Below are positions 26,983 through 40,192 of a stretch of DNA of 64,000 nucleotides, piece after piece. Where the stretch lies: NCBI GenBank assembly GCA_951406725.2, contig OX597822.1:78244001-78308000 (forward strand). The letters are read 5' to 3'. Source of the DNA: Octopus vulgaris. Its lineage: Eukaryota. The notes beneath the pieces were generated by a model, which ran no database searches, was not told the DNA's origin, and was given only the letters and a program-made list of their open reading frames with translations. The first letter of the stretch is position 1. Each line of letters starts with the position of its first letter. The translations under genes were made by a program, and so were the position numbers.

Positions 26983-27410
26983 GGTCGCCCCTGCGACGGT
27001 ACGAAGAAAGGCTGAGGACGCTCGACCTTTATTCTCTTGAAAAACACCGCCGCCGTGGTGATCTCATTCTCGCCCACAACATCATAAGCGGGAAGTGTAA
27101 CCTCTCGAAAGAGCTGTTCTTCACTCCTGCTCCGGAGCGTCGGCTGCGGGGTCATTCCGAAAAGCTCTACCTGCGACGATTTCATCTCAATCGAAGGAGA
27201 GGAGCTTTCTCCGTCCGGGTTGCGGATCCGTGGAACAAGCTGCCAGACGAGATGGTGAAGATGCCGACGACCGCTTTGTTCAAAGCCTCCCTGGACCTCA
27301 AGTGGCCTGAACTCTTTACATGAACACCACCCTGTACTTAACTCCATGTCCCCCTACATGGCCTTGCTATTTGCTTTTGAGCCAAATTAACTAACTAACT
27401 AACTAACTAA
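26983..27410 (+). mobile_element. 5'-truncated CR1/L2-group LINE 3' end inserted in a tRNA-SINE
   Basis: YEERLRTLDLYSLEKHRRRGDLI..LRGHSEKL..FSVRVADPWNKLP..FKASLD; stop at 27323; (AACT)n tail. Confidence 0.9.
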
Positions 27411-28394
27411 AAGCCTGCCGATCATGGCAATGTTAGCTTGCTCACCTAGCCGGCGAATGTGGCGTCATTCGAAAGCTAAAACAATGTGAAGCGCATTGTG
27501 ACCAGCGATAGACTGCTCGACACCGTGACCCCGTGACATACTAGCTAAGGCAGCAAGCTGGTAGAATCATTCGCGCATCGACAAAATGCCTAACGGCATT
27601 TCTTCCGGCTCCTTATGTCCAGAGTTCAAGTCCGGTATATCTCAGCTTTGTACCAAGGTAGCTGGAACCGACTTTCTCCCCTCCACTCAAAAATTGCTGG
27701 CCCTGAATACTGCAAAGGGTCGGCGTTCCTTTCAGAGAGAATATTGTGATTTCCATGGAAACCGAGTAAACGGTCTTATGAATCCAAAGATTATTACACA
27801 TACTAATTAATATGTAAATTTAAAGATTCATTGCTTTCCTCGGTAGAGTTGCATTCTCGACGGAAATTTCCTTATGCACATAAAGTTCAGCCCAGGATAT
27901 TAATTTCAAAATTTGGCACAAGGCCAGCAATTTTAGGGGTGGAGTTATATCGATTATATCAACCCCGGTGCTCAACTGGTGCTTATTTTATCGACCCCGA
28001 AAGAATAAAAAAAAGTCGACAAGGGTGGAATTTGAACTCAGAACATAAAGACGGACGAAATGCCATTAAGCATTTTCCCCAGCATGTTAACGGTTCTGCC
28101 AGCTCATCGCCTCACTTCGGCTTTTGATATTAAAAATAAAAAGGTTTTCCTATCACTGATCTATGAGCGCAAGACCCAGGGTCGTCCTAGTAGCAATATA
28201 TGATCCGGGGCAAATGAAAGCATTGGGTCCTGTAGTATTTATATACTGACACCAAATCACAACATAAACTAGAAATGGGTCCTTAAGCCCGTAAGCCCTA
28301 CCCCCACCCCAGGAAACTTCCCAGACAGCACTGACAACACTAATTACATCAACAGCTCCTCAAATACAAAAATACCACCCACAACGCCACTTTC

Positions 28395-28620
28395 ACCAAC
28401 ACCATCACCTCCTCCAACACCATTACCCTATCCACACCATCGCCTCCACCAATACCATCACCTCCTCCAACACCATTACCCCATCCACACCATCGCCTCC
28501 ACCAACACCATCACCTCCTCCAACACCATTACCCCATCCACACCATCGCCTCCACCAACACCATCACCTCCTCCAACACCATTACCCCATCCACACCATC
28601 GCCTCCACCAACACCATCAT
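28395..28620. repeat. 53-bp minisatellite, about 4.3 copies
   Basis: Unit accaacaccatcacctcctccaacaccattaccccatccacaccatcgcctcc starts at 28395, 28448, 28501, 28554, 28607. Confidence 0.92.
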
Positions 28621-29120
28621 CGCCACCAACAACAACAACCACGAAAATAATTTTAAAGAAAATTAATCTTTAGAAAAACATCTGCTCCATAAATGCTTTT
28701 TAACCAATGTGTGTGTGTGTGTGTGGATGGGGAAGCGTATATTTATGTATGTGTGTGTGTGTGTGCGTGCGTGTGTGTGAGCGCGCGTGTATGTGTGTGT
28801 GTATTTCGTCGTATGGCTATCGTTGGTGTATTTAAGAATCAATGTGCAAACGTATGTATGCAACAATACATGTATGGATGTATGTGTGTGTATAAGTACA
28901 TACTTTTGTATGTATGCACGTATGCATGTATGCATATGTGTATGTATGTGTGCATGTATGCATGTGTGCATGTATGCATGTGTGCATGTATGCATGTGTG
29001 CATGTATGCACTATGTATGTATTATGTGTGTGCGTGTACGTGTATGTATGTAAGAATGTAAATAGACACCATTTTTTGTGTGAAAAACAAGTCTGTGCTA
29101 GCGAACTATTGCTGTTTCTA

Positions 29121-29163
<43 letters not shown>

Positions 29164-29607
29164 ACATGCATGCACACATTTACGCCTTTAGGTGTGGCTA
29201 TATCCTTCATTGCTGTGGGTGTATTGATATCGATGTTGGTGCCTTTAATGTTGTTAGTGACGGAGCCAGTCATAGAAATCGCATTAACGTAAGCAGTGGC
29301 GGTCATCGTGAACGTTGTTTGAGTAATGTTGTTTGTTTTTCATTCTTAAGTAGAAGTTATAGCTGTGAAATTGGATTATAACGTGACCGGATGTTTCGTC
29401 ATTGGATACATAAATATATTTCACTATTCATAATAAAAAGAAATAGATTTATACGAATACACCTCTTTTTTTTATTTTAAGCAGAGAAATTTTAAAAGAA
29501 AAATAATATTTCTTTTTGTTAAAACAAAACTTGACTGAAGATAATGAACCAATCCGGCGATAAGTGTTGCCACAAAATATCCGTACAACAAATACTTGTA
29601 TATAATG

Positions 29608-29687
<80 letters not shown>

Positions 29688-29692
29688 TGAGA

Positions 29693-29983
29693 GGGTACAC
29701 GGACGGGCTGCCGAACGCACTTTTGCCTAAGGACAAGAAGCTGAAACCAAGAAGCTGAACGGACACATTGCCGAACGGACACATTGCCGAACGGACACAA
29801 TGCCGAACAGACAAGATGCCGAAAAGATATACGAAAATTAAAATTTAATCTCGTTAAATCTTAAGTGCCAAAATGGTGTATTAGTCACTAAACTATGTAG
29901 GTAGGAATGTCTTTTTTTTTATTGTGTCCGTTTGACTTCTTGTGCTTCGGCAAAAGTGCATTCGGCACCCCGTCCGCGCACGA
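29693..29983. mobile_element. MITE with imperfect TIRs and 16-bp subterminal tandem repeats (tgccgaacggacacat)
   Basis: Left CGGACGGGCTGCCGAACGCACTTTTGCC versus right reverse-complement CGGACGGGGTGCCGAATGCACTTTTGCC. Confidence 0.75.
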
Positions 29984-30329
29984 TCCTCCTGTCTCCACTT
30001 TTTTGGCAGCTTAAATCTTCTTTCAAGCCGGATCCTAATTAATTAGTCACCACCTGAAATTGGTGAGGAAATTTTACGATAATTTACCATCCCAGCCAGA
30101 CAAATGTCTGGGTATATAAACTGATCTAAAAATGAACTTGTAAAAGGACATTGTCAAGAAATACAATTAAACCGGTTGTTCTCAAATTAGGCGGTACTTC
30201 CCCCACCCACCCTGGGGGGGGGGGAATCCAGTGGGTGCGTTGAAGAAAAGTTGGGCGATAATGAGTTTTCTTTGAGGTCTACTAGTCCGGCTTATTTGGT
30301 GTTGTATGGGTCATCAGGAAGAGAGTACT

Positions 30330-30737
30330 TCCTAAGAAGCTCACTTCCAACACGTAGGATATTGTTTTCTTCGCTTTTCAGCACTAAGTTAATGTATCTG
30401 TTTTTTGCTGCTGTTGTTTAGTAAGTATTGTCTGAGAGAGACTATGCAACATTCGAAGGCTGTCTGCACTCAACTCGAGCCCCGACCTCCTTTATCTCTT
30501 CTTAAGTAAAGCCTGTTGATATCACTATTACAGCGGAGATATCCAGGTTGTCAGATTCTTGCGGGTTTTAATGTGGGTTTCGTCTACAGACCAATCAAGA
30601 ATCCCAAATGTAGGAATCAGCACTGGTGCTGCAAATGCTTTGTGGGATATTGTCTTGTTGTAAGAAGAAAGTTCGGACTGCCATATTTTTCTTAGTCTGG
30701 TGTAATATTCTTGGGTCAGTCTATCTTTATTCACAGT
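30330..30737 (-). mobile_element. R4/Dong-like non-LTR retrotransposon relic
   Basis: EYYTRLRKIWQSELSSYNKTISHKAFAAPVLIPTFGILDW..KTRK..SDINRLYLRRDKGGRG. Confidence 0.75.
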
Positions 30738-30778
30738 ACCTCCGTACGATATATTTTCATCAATATTTACGTACTTGA

Positions 30779-31385
30779 AGGCGACGAGCTGGCTGTTACG
30801 TTAGCAAGCCGGGCGAAATGCTTAGCGGTATTTCGTCTGCTGCTACGTTCTGAGTTCAAATTCCGCCGAGGTCGACTTCGCCTTTCATCCTTTCGGGGTC
30901 GATTAAATAAGTACCAGTTACGCACTGGGATTGATGTAATCGACTTAATCCGTTTGTCTGTCCTTGTTCGTCCCCTCTGTGTTTAGCCCCTTGTGGGTAG
31001 TAAAGAAATAGGTATTTCGTCTGCCGCTACGTCCCGAGTTCAAATTCCGCCGAGGTCGACTTTGCCTTTCATCCTTTCGGGGTCGATTAAATAAGTACCA
31101 GTTACGCACTGGAGTCGATCTAATCGACTTAATCCGTTTGTCTGTCCTTGTTTGTCCTCTCCGTGTGTAGCCCCTTGTAGGCAGTAAAGAAATAAGAAAC
31201 GTTAGCACGCCCGGGAAAATGCTTAGCGCTATTTCGTCTGTCTTTACGTTCTGAGTTCAAATTCCGCCAAGGTCGATTTTGCCTTTCATCCTTTCGGGGT
31301 CGATAAATCAAGTACCAGTTTCGTACTGGGGTCGATAAAATCAACAACCACCCCAAAAAAATTTCGGGCCTCGTGTCTAGAGAAG
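30779..31385 (+). mobile_element. Tandem array (3 units) of SINE A subfamily
   Basis: About 184-bp period (ggtatttcgtctg at about 30827 and 31011); opposite orientation to 25960-26375. Confidence 0.85.
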
Positions 31386-31752
31386 AAAAGAATATCTAAG
31401 TACTTGTAGCATTCTTTGTGTGGAGCAAGAGAAATAATGAGGCCATAACTGCAAAAGGTTTTGTGTCTGGAAGACTGATTTTCCTCGTTCAACGATCGAA
31501 TAAGAACATTTCTTCTGGCCAAATTCCATTCTTACGTCAGCTGGAAATGTTGTTATTAATTCCAGTTGTTGTTTGTTTGTTTTTTTTTTTTGGCATTGCT
31601 AACATTTTTAGCATAAATCTTAAGATCATCCGCGAAGAAATTATGGATTCCATTAATTAATATCTGTAGCATTGCAGACTAATGTAACCATTTGTTTTTT
31701 GAAACAGAGATGAGAATGAGTATGTATGCATGTATATTTGTATGTATGTATG

Positions 31753-31788
<36 letters not shown>

Positions 31789-33570
31789 TGTATGTATGTA
31801 TGTATGTATGTATGTATGTATGCATGTATGTATGTATGTATGTATGTATGTATGTATGTATGTATGTATATGTGTATGTATGTGTGTGTATGTATATATG
31901 TGCATGCATATATGTATATGTATTTATGTATGTGTGTATGTATGCATGCATGTATGCATGTATGTATGTAGGTATGTATGCATGTATGCATGTATGTATG
32001 TGTATGTGTGTATATATATATGTATGTATGTGTGTATGCATATATGTATGTGTATTTATGTATGTGTTGTATGTGTGCATGTATGAATGTGTGTTTGTAT
32101 GTATGTATGTATGTATGTATGTATGTATAAGTGTGTATGTATGCATGCATGCATGCAAGTATGTATGTATGTATGTATGTATGTATGTATGTATGTATGT
32201 ATGTATGTATGTATGTATGTATGTATGTATGTTTTCCTGGCAGGTATGTGCCGAGATGTAGAAATATTTGGGTTGGTGTCAGAGGGCGCAGCAAGCTCCT
32301 TAAGAATGTGGGACCTCAGATCTTTGTCAAGGCATCCCTCTAAGCGAAGGCTCTCTCGTATATAAAACCTGCTGCTCAACCGGCTCTGATACCTTGCACT
32401 TTGCTTGCCTCTAGGCTTCTTGAAATTGCTAGTGAGAGACGATGGATGGATTAGAATACTATGATAATTCAAAGGACCGGCCGAACACTTACTGTCTCAC
32501 GTCGATTCTGCCTAGGTATTAACGATAAAGGTAAATGCGTCTACAGAATTTTCAGCCAGTTATCAGAATTGTCAATCCAGCCGATCGGACAACTGGAATG
32601 ATCATCATCGAAACTGACGGAAATCCATTTATATTTTACTTTATAATATGAGTATATGAACGAGTGTCCTTATATGCACGATAATCTATTTATTTATATA
32701 TGTGGTTATATTCCACTCTTGCATGCCTCTCTTTATCTCACTCCCTCTTTCTTTTCCTTCTCTCTCTCCCTCCCTCTCTCACTCATACACGTGCGCGCGC
32801 ACATACGCACATTGATCATTGGTACTGCTTTGCGGTTCATCTATTGCCAAGACGCACAAACAAAACTTCTAAAACGTCGTTTGACTTGCACCCCAACATC
32901 ACTCAGACCGTAATGCTGAAGATATAAGAAAGATAGTAGTTAAGGAATTCAAGATATCTCTAATAATAAGGGACCATCACTGCTGGAAAACTTAAGTCTG
33001 TTCGATAATGTTTGAGATGTAGCGAAAGAAAAGTAACGAAGAATGTCGACTAGAAAAAGACAAAATTAGTTAGATTATATGAGTTGTGTCCCTTGAAAAA
33101 GCTAAGGTCAAGTCAATAGGAGTTATTTCCCTTGCATATCTTTTGTTTTGTGTTTGTCGTTATACAGGGACACCGACTCGAAGAACTTTTCAGTCAAACA
33201 AATCGGCCCCAGTAGTTTTTTTTTTCTTTTTTTTTTCGTAAGAAATTATTCGATTAGTGGGAGTAATGTCCATGACACCTCCTTTGCAGATCCTCCCAGA
33301 ATTGTGAGAATTATGGAACCAGCGACTCAGCAATAATGTTATAATTCCGGAATAAAACTTTCAGAATATTTTTGAGTTAAGACAGTGAAAAAGAATGTTT
33401 CTGTTTCCAGCTCCCACATTCTGGATATCTTGTAACTTTTACTTGTTTCAATCATTGGACTGCGACCATGCTGGAGCACAATCTTCAAGTAATTTTGTTG
33501 CAATTTTTTGTTTTGCTTTGGGTTGGGGGGGGGGGGCTTCTTTTTTTTTTTTTTTTTTTTTGGTACTAAT

Positions 33571-33676
33571 ATAGTATGCGGTCTACCACGATGTCAAACA
33601 GGGTTATCTACTTTGTCTTTCAGATATTTCCAGATGTTTCAGAGATAAAACACTTCAGATATTTCAAAGATTAAAA

Positions 33677-33731
<55 letters not shown>

Positions 33732-34453
33732 AGAATCATAGTTTTAGCATCTAACCATGATCATTCAATGGCCTGAGTGTGTGCTCCAGTCACAGGATCC
33801 GCATAATGGTCGTCGGTGGTTCACTGTCAGATGATGATAACCTATGGCATTTAAATCATTATAAGCGGGCCACTCATCTGAATGAATTAGTGAACCTTTA
33901 TCACATTCTCTCTCAATAATTGGGATCAGACTGTTCCCATCATGCCATTCCACACAAAAGCATCAACAGTCTGAGCCCTACTTGAGACCAAAAACCCACG
34001 AGCCATCAATTCTATGTCCATGGTTCCTGTTGTTTCGTTGTTCTGCATCACTGTCTTCGAAGAGAGGAGCGTTGTTGCCATTCAGCATTCTTCCTCAATT
34101 GTATTTTCGTCAACCAGCAAATCTTACTTCGTCAATCTGAATGGGGTTATCATTCGTTCCAACCATCTTCCCTCGTTGTACATGATAAACTATGGCCCCA
34201 CACACTTCGCAAAACATATCGTACCAGTCAGTTATTGTATTTTTAGATTTTCCTGTCAGAGTCACTGCTGTGATCATGGGTATATCCATGACAAAGAAAA
34301 ATATTAGTTCTAAAATCTCGCTCAAGCTCAGCTTGCAGTTTAATTTGTTGTTAATGTCCGAATGATGGAAAAACAAGTATCCTTTAGTAACTGAACGTTT
34401 AAGGTAGATAACCATGGCTATACTGTTTAACAACGTGGTAGACCGCATACTAT
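33571..34453 (-). mobile_element. Merlin / IS1595(ISXO2)-like DNA transposon, internally deleted
   Basis: TIRs ATAGTATGCGGTCTACCACG; motifs IQIDEVRFAG*RKYN*GR, WVFG, LIPIIE..GSLIHSDEWPAY..GYHHLTVNH, DPVTGAHTQAIE. Confidence 0.85.
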
Positions 34454-34923
34454 CCTAGCATCTTTTTTTTTTTAGTCGATCAAAATCCCCCAAATATTAA
34501 TTTTTAAACCTGGTACTTATTTTATCGCTTACTTTAGCTGAACCGCAAAGTTATGTAAAGACACCTGCATCGGTTGTCAAGCAATGAAGTGGAAGAGAAA
34601 TGCGCGCGCACACGACGGGCTTCCATATAGTTTCTGTCTACTACATTCACTCATCATGCTCAAGATACTGTTCAGAATAGAGCTATTGTAGAAGACACTT
34701 GTTCAAGGGGTCATGCAGTGGGACTGAACACGAAACCACATGGTTACAAAGTGAGTTTCTCAATCGCTTTGGCAACTTTCTCCTTTTCTTTGATAAGAGG
34801 CGGTGATTATATTTTCTTCAGCTTAGATCGATTAGAAAGATTCTTTCCGTCGTCATCCTTGACACCAGTATCTAGTCAATTAGTCTTTGATCTGCCAATG
34901 TATACGCATTGATATATCCTAGA

Positions 34924-35632
34924 CAGTGGCGGCTCGAAGATAAAAGATTAGTAGGGGTGGCTGTTTCAGAAAAATTTTAGCCGTTGTTTTAATATTGTGT
35001 AAAAGGAAAAGAACATAAAAAGAAAATTTTTACATAAACTTGATTGGTTCGCGTTTTAGCCGCTGCCGGGTAGAGTGTTTAATTTGTTTACTGAACACCG
35101 CTACGAATTCCTCCTTGTTTTCCAAAAATCCCCACTAAAGCACAAAATAAGGAGAGGGTGGAAATCTGCCCTATTTTCAAATCCTGGCAAAAACACTATA
35201 GCTGGAAGCAGAATAATAATCTAATTCTACACTTTATCACATTCAAGAATATAAACACGTTTCTAAGCACAACACGCGCGGAGTCAAAAAGAAACACCGC
35301 TACATTTCTCCAGTTCGCCAGGGTCGACATTGCGTGGACCACAGTGCTCTCTCTTCCTAGCGTGCAGCTTCCTATCTCGGACATGTGAGCATGCGCACAA
35401 CAGCCAAACACCACGTCGCTGGAACTGTGAAGCGCACAGCTCTATACAAGGAGTTTTGTATTTTTTTCTTAAACTAGAGGATGGCTACTGACATTAAGCT
35501 TAAGGATTATATAATGTACAAATATAAAGAAATAATTAAAGAAAGAAGGACTCATATTGAATTTTATCTATAATATCGAGTGGAAATAGGGGGTGCTGCA
35601 GTTCCGCAGTGCCTATACACGAGTCGCCACTG
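34924..35632. mobile_element. hAT MITE with perfect 8-bp TSD
   Basis: TIRs CAGTGGCGGCTCG / CGAGTCGCCACTG; ATCCTAGA at 34916-34923 and 35633-35640. Confidence 0.9.
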
Positions 35633-35807
35633 ATCCTAGAGTATTGTCAGTTTGTCGTTTTTGTTCCAGTGTACGTGATATAGGTAGGTAGCTCTGTCAG
35701 GCATGGTTGTATGGATTAGAAGTTTGCTCACTGCTCAGACGTACAACTGTGAGCCCCATAGTGCGGTCCGGAGGAGTGGAGCTTTTCTTAATCTTTACTG
35801 ATCACCT

Positions 35808-36185
35808 TCAGTTGTGGTTCATTCCGTTCATTTGGGCATCTTCTTTCTTCTTTTGCTGACAGTTTGATGTTTTTTGCTCTTTTACCATCTCCTCCTCATC
35901 AAATACGATGAGATAGTACTGCTGCTTTTTATGACAGAAAGGATACGTTTGGTTATTAGCTTCTAGGACTTGGCACGAGGGGAATCGTTCTACTAGTTTC
36001 GAAAATGTTGACAATGGAGACCTGGAGACTGGACCTGCTCTAGCTACTCTCTGCCACTGTTCCTTCTCTACCGCATGTCCAGCTTGTCCAGCTTGTCCAG
36101 TTCTTTGGGATAAAAGAAAAAACATTCTCGAGTGACCCTTGCTGCCACAGCTATAACATCTCTGCTTTTTGTTCTCTGCTATCAA
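35808..36185 (-). mobile_element. Retroelement gag/ORF1 relic with degenerate zinc knuckle
   Basis: RCYSCGSKGHSRMFF (Cx2Cx4H, final Cys lost). Confidence 0.45.
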
Positions 36186-36489
36186 TCAAATGCTTTTCGT
36201 TACTGATCCCTTATCTGGGCTCGGCTTTAATGTGCCTTTGTGATTTTCTTGAATAGACTTCCATCAGACAGCGAGTGTCGTTTTACATAGTTCTCATAGA
36301 TTAATTTCTTTTGTGTGGGTTTGGTTTTGTTCAGATTTTCTAATGAATTAGCAACACGGGAAAATCTGTCGTTTTGACAAATATTTGCTTACATTTTCGT
36401 CTGGTGTGTGTTTGCGAAAGTTGTTGATAAAGTTTTTTTATTCCTAACATCGTCACCCATATTTTATGTTTTAGTATTAATATTGTTCA

Positions 36490-36920
36490 TGGGTCTTCCA
36501 CATGTTCCATTCCTTGTTGCGATGAAGTAGCTTGTGTGCCTTAATGACCCTGGGAGTTGTGCCAGCGGAATGCAAGCTCCTGGTAGGGTCTCCTATGTTG
36601 GACAGATCAAAGGGTAGCAGCCATATTAATATGGACTGTCTCGTCCCAGAGGTAAAAATGGGTTTGTCTTCAGCCAATACCCCTACCTGAAAACAAAAAC
36701 AAAATGACAGAGGCATTGATGACAATTGAAAATCAAGAGGAATTGAACGAGAAAGGCCTTCCTTCATGGAAACCTATGAACCCGCAAGGGAAGTGGAAGA
36801 GAAGACGCCCTAAAAATAGCTAGGGGCAGGATACAGAGACAGAGCTAAAAAGGCAGGGATTCAACTGGAAAGAAGTAGAAAAGATAGTCCAGAATCGAGA
36901 GCAGTGCTGAATAGCCGTTG
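36490..36920 (+). mobile_element. Short RTE-derived element (putative 5' UTR joined to ORF 3' end)
   Basis: 3' part reads NPQGKWKRRRPKNS*GQDTETELKRQGFNWKEVEKIVQNREQ, typical of RTE C-termini. Confidence 0.55.
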
Positions 36921-39900
36921 AACAAAGGAATATAGTTCTTTTGCTCTGTTTGTTGAGAAATGTGTTTAAGGATTTTTTTTTCTCTGATTGTAAAAGACAT
37001 AGCGTAACTAGTTGGATGGGAAAGCGATAGGGCGGTTCTCCTCGAGCGATGATTCTATGGGGCAGTTCTTTTGGGTCTGCAGTATAAGCCTGTGTAGGGG
37101 GTCTGGACACGATAAACTCAAGGGCTCTGTCGGTCGGTATACACTCTAACTTTGACACAACTTCATGTCCGTCATGTGTTTATAATGAAAGTGCAAAAAT
37201 AAAACAGTAAAAAAAAAAACAGATCTTAAAGAATTCTCCGATGTGAGGAGTATTCCAATAAGGATTTTTGGGGGAAATAATCTAAAAAAGGAACAGCTTT
37301 GGTTTCATGAGAAAGCAAGTAATAACCCAAGTCTTCGGGGCTCATATAAAACGTATTTTGCCACGGTGAGAAAACAACACCAACAACAACAGAGATGTTG
37401 GCGAGTTTCTCATTACAAACTGTGTAAGGTCATTGATTTTGCACTCCTATATAATTGATAAGTGGATGCTATATCGGGGTAACTAACAAAATGGCGAACG
37501 ACAGAATTGTTAGCACACCGGGCAAAATGCTTAACTGTATTTCATCCATTTTTACGTTCTGAGTTCAAATTCCGCCGAGGACAAACTTCCATCTTTTCGG
37601 GGTCGAAAAAATAAGTACCAGTGATGCACTGGGGTCGACGTAATCAACTATCCCTCCCCTCTGAAATTGCTGGCTTTGTGCTAAAATTCAAAACCAATAT
37701 GTGGAAGCATTTATATAATATTCCTTTCTACTATAGCAGAAGGCCTGAAATTTTGCAGGAGTAGGGGGGGGTAAGTTACTTGTTTTATTGGGCCTCGAAA
37801 GAATAAAAGCCAAAGTCTTTATTGGCGAAATTTGAACTCAGAACGTAAAGGCGGACGAAATGTCGCTAAGCATTTTACCCAGAATGCTAACGATTCTGCC
37901 AGCTCGCCACTTTAGCCTGTACTATAAGAATAATCTTTTATATGCAACAGGAGCAGTATTAGATTAAAATAGCCATCTGGGTATCAAACATAATGTAAAT
38001 ACGTCGTGGACGTTAAATTTACTGTCGAAAATAATGCATGTTATGGACGTGCTGCGTTTAAAAACACAATATACATATATCGGAGGCAGGCGAAAATCGT
38101 CCTAGCAGCAACTGGCGAGGGTGCCAAAAAAGTTCAACCTCTATGGATTTTGTCAATAATTGTTACCAATAGATTCCATCTTAGCATGTAGTTTATTGTG
38201 AATAAAAACTATTGACAATGCTTAAGGAGGCAGAAATGCATCAGGCATTTTCATCAAATGCTGCTAAGACGATTTTCATCTGTCTCTGATGATTATTGTA
38301 TCTTTAATCACTGCACGTCCATAAGAGATGTTATCTCAGGACGAATAGCGCAGTAAAATTGCCTTCAACGATGATTTGACATTGAATATAATAATATTTT
38401 ATTTATAGGTGCAGGCGGGGTTGTGTGGTAAGAAGTTTGCTTCCGAACAATATGGTTCCAGGTTCAGTCTCTCAGCGTGGTACCTTAGGCAAGAGTCTTC
38501 TACTATGACTTCGGGCTGACCAACCTTGTGATAGGATTTAGTAGACGGAAACTGAAAGAAACCCGTCGTATATATATGCATATGTGTGTGTATGTGTGTG
38601 TATATGTCATTGTGTCTGTGTTTGTCCCCCTCCACTGCTTGACAACCGGTGCTGGTGTGTTTATGTCCCCGTAACATAGCGGTTCGGCAAAAGAACCTGT
38701 TAGAATTAGTACCAGGCTTTGAAAAAATTAAGTACTGGGGTCGAATTCATTCCACTAAAAATTCTTCAGTGCGGTCAGAATGGCCGCAGTCTAAAAACTG
38801 AAACATGTAAAAGATATAAAAAAGGGTTAGACAGAATTTCTTGAAGAGATGCAGATAATGCAACGAAGCACTAAACAGGGGTTTTACAAAGGCGTGCGGA
38901 GTTGAAGGGACAAATTATTGAAAGACGGGGAAAAGAAAGAAAGTTGTTAATAAAAATCTCGATTCTAAGACCAGGTGGTGCATTGTGTTCTTAAACAAAA
39001 CACTTCATTCACGTTGTTCCAGTCTACATTGTTGTAAATGAGCCGGCAATGGGTGGGAAGTTAACTCTGCGACGGACCAGCGTCTTGTCCAGGGTGGAGA
39101 GTTGTGAGAATGAATTAAAAATTTATTTTGAAATAAATGCATTTACACGGAATAAATTATATATTAAATAAAGTATGACTCAGCACAGTAACTAAAAGAA
39201 GGTAACTATATAGAAATTGAATGTCCGCATAGGCGCAGGCACGGCATTGGTGTGGTAAGAAAGTTACTTCCCAACTTACAAGATTCTGAGTTCAGTTCCA
39301 CTGCGTGGCACCTTGGGAAAGTGCCTTCTGTCATAACCTCAGGCTAACCAAAACCTTGTGAGTGGATTTGGTAGACGGAAACTAAAAGCCCGTCGTGTGT
39401 GTGTGTGTGTGTGGTGTGCGTGCGTGTGTATGGTTGTGCAGTTAAGTATCTAGCTTTATAACCACGTGGTTTCGGGTTCAGTTCCATTGGACGGTACTTT
39501 GAGCAAGTGTTTTTTTTTTCACCATCACCACGAACCACCCAATGCTTTATGGCTGAATTTCGTAGACGGAAACTGTATGGAAGCCCGTCGTATAAATATG
39601 TGTGTGTGTATGTGTCGTTATGGTTCTCCCTCCACTGCTTGACAATCGATGTTAGTTTGTTTATCTGCCCGTGACATAGCAGTTCGGCGAAAGATATCGA
39701 TAGAATTGATACTAGACTTTTTTTTTTTAAATAAGAACTGGAGTCAATCTGTTCAACTAAACCCTTTACATTATATAGTGTATCCTGTTTTAGACGGTAG
39801 GGTGTGATTTGAGGGTGATTCGGCTGCTATTTCTGGCAGTTCAGAGGACTACGTAAAGGTTCCATTGTTTTGTATTCATTACTGAATTAATAAAAAAAAA

Positions 39901-40192
39901 TTGTCTCTGTTTAACCTCAGGTAAACTCTGACTGAGCAGATTTATAACCAAACATATTCCAACAGTGACCATCTCATCATGTATTTTTGGTATAGCATAT
40001 CTACAAGTACGTAATCCAATGTTCACTTCCGTTTTGAAGACCGTGGGTTCATTTTTGTGTGAGATTTGCAGCTATTTCTAGCAGTTCGATCGACCATGTA
40101 GAGACATCCTCATTGGCTATTCATGAAAATGGTAAAATAGAGTAATCTCCCTTGTCAGCCTCTTCTGCAATAATGAATGGATAATTCTAAAA

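Noticed and set aside
29755-29823. Short direct repeats resembling a CRISPR array
   Set aside because: No unique spacers, eukaryotic context, and they lie inside a TIR element
32260-32470. Minus-strand peptide YQSRLSSRFYIRESLRLEGCLDKDLRSHILKELAAPSDTN
   Set aside because: Looks like a transposon fragment but I cannot name the family, and there is no exon context
35270-35450. CpG-rich stretch resembling the METTL2 promoter
   Set aside because: Lies inside the hAT MITE 34924-35632 bounded by a perfect TSD
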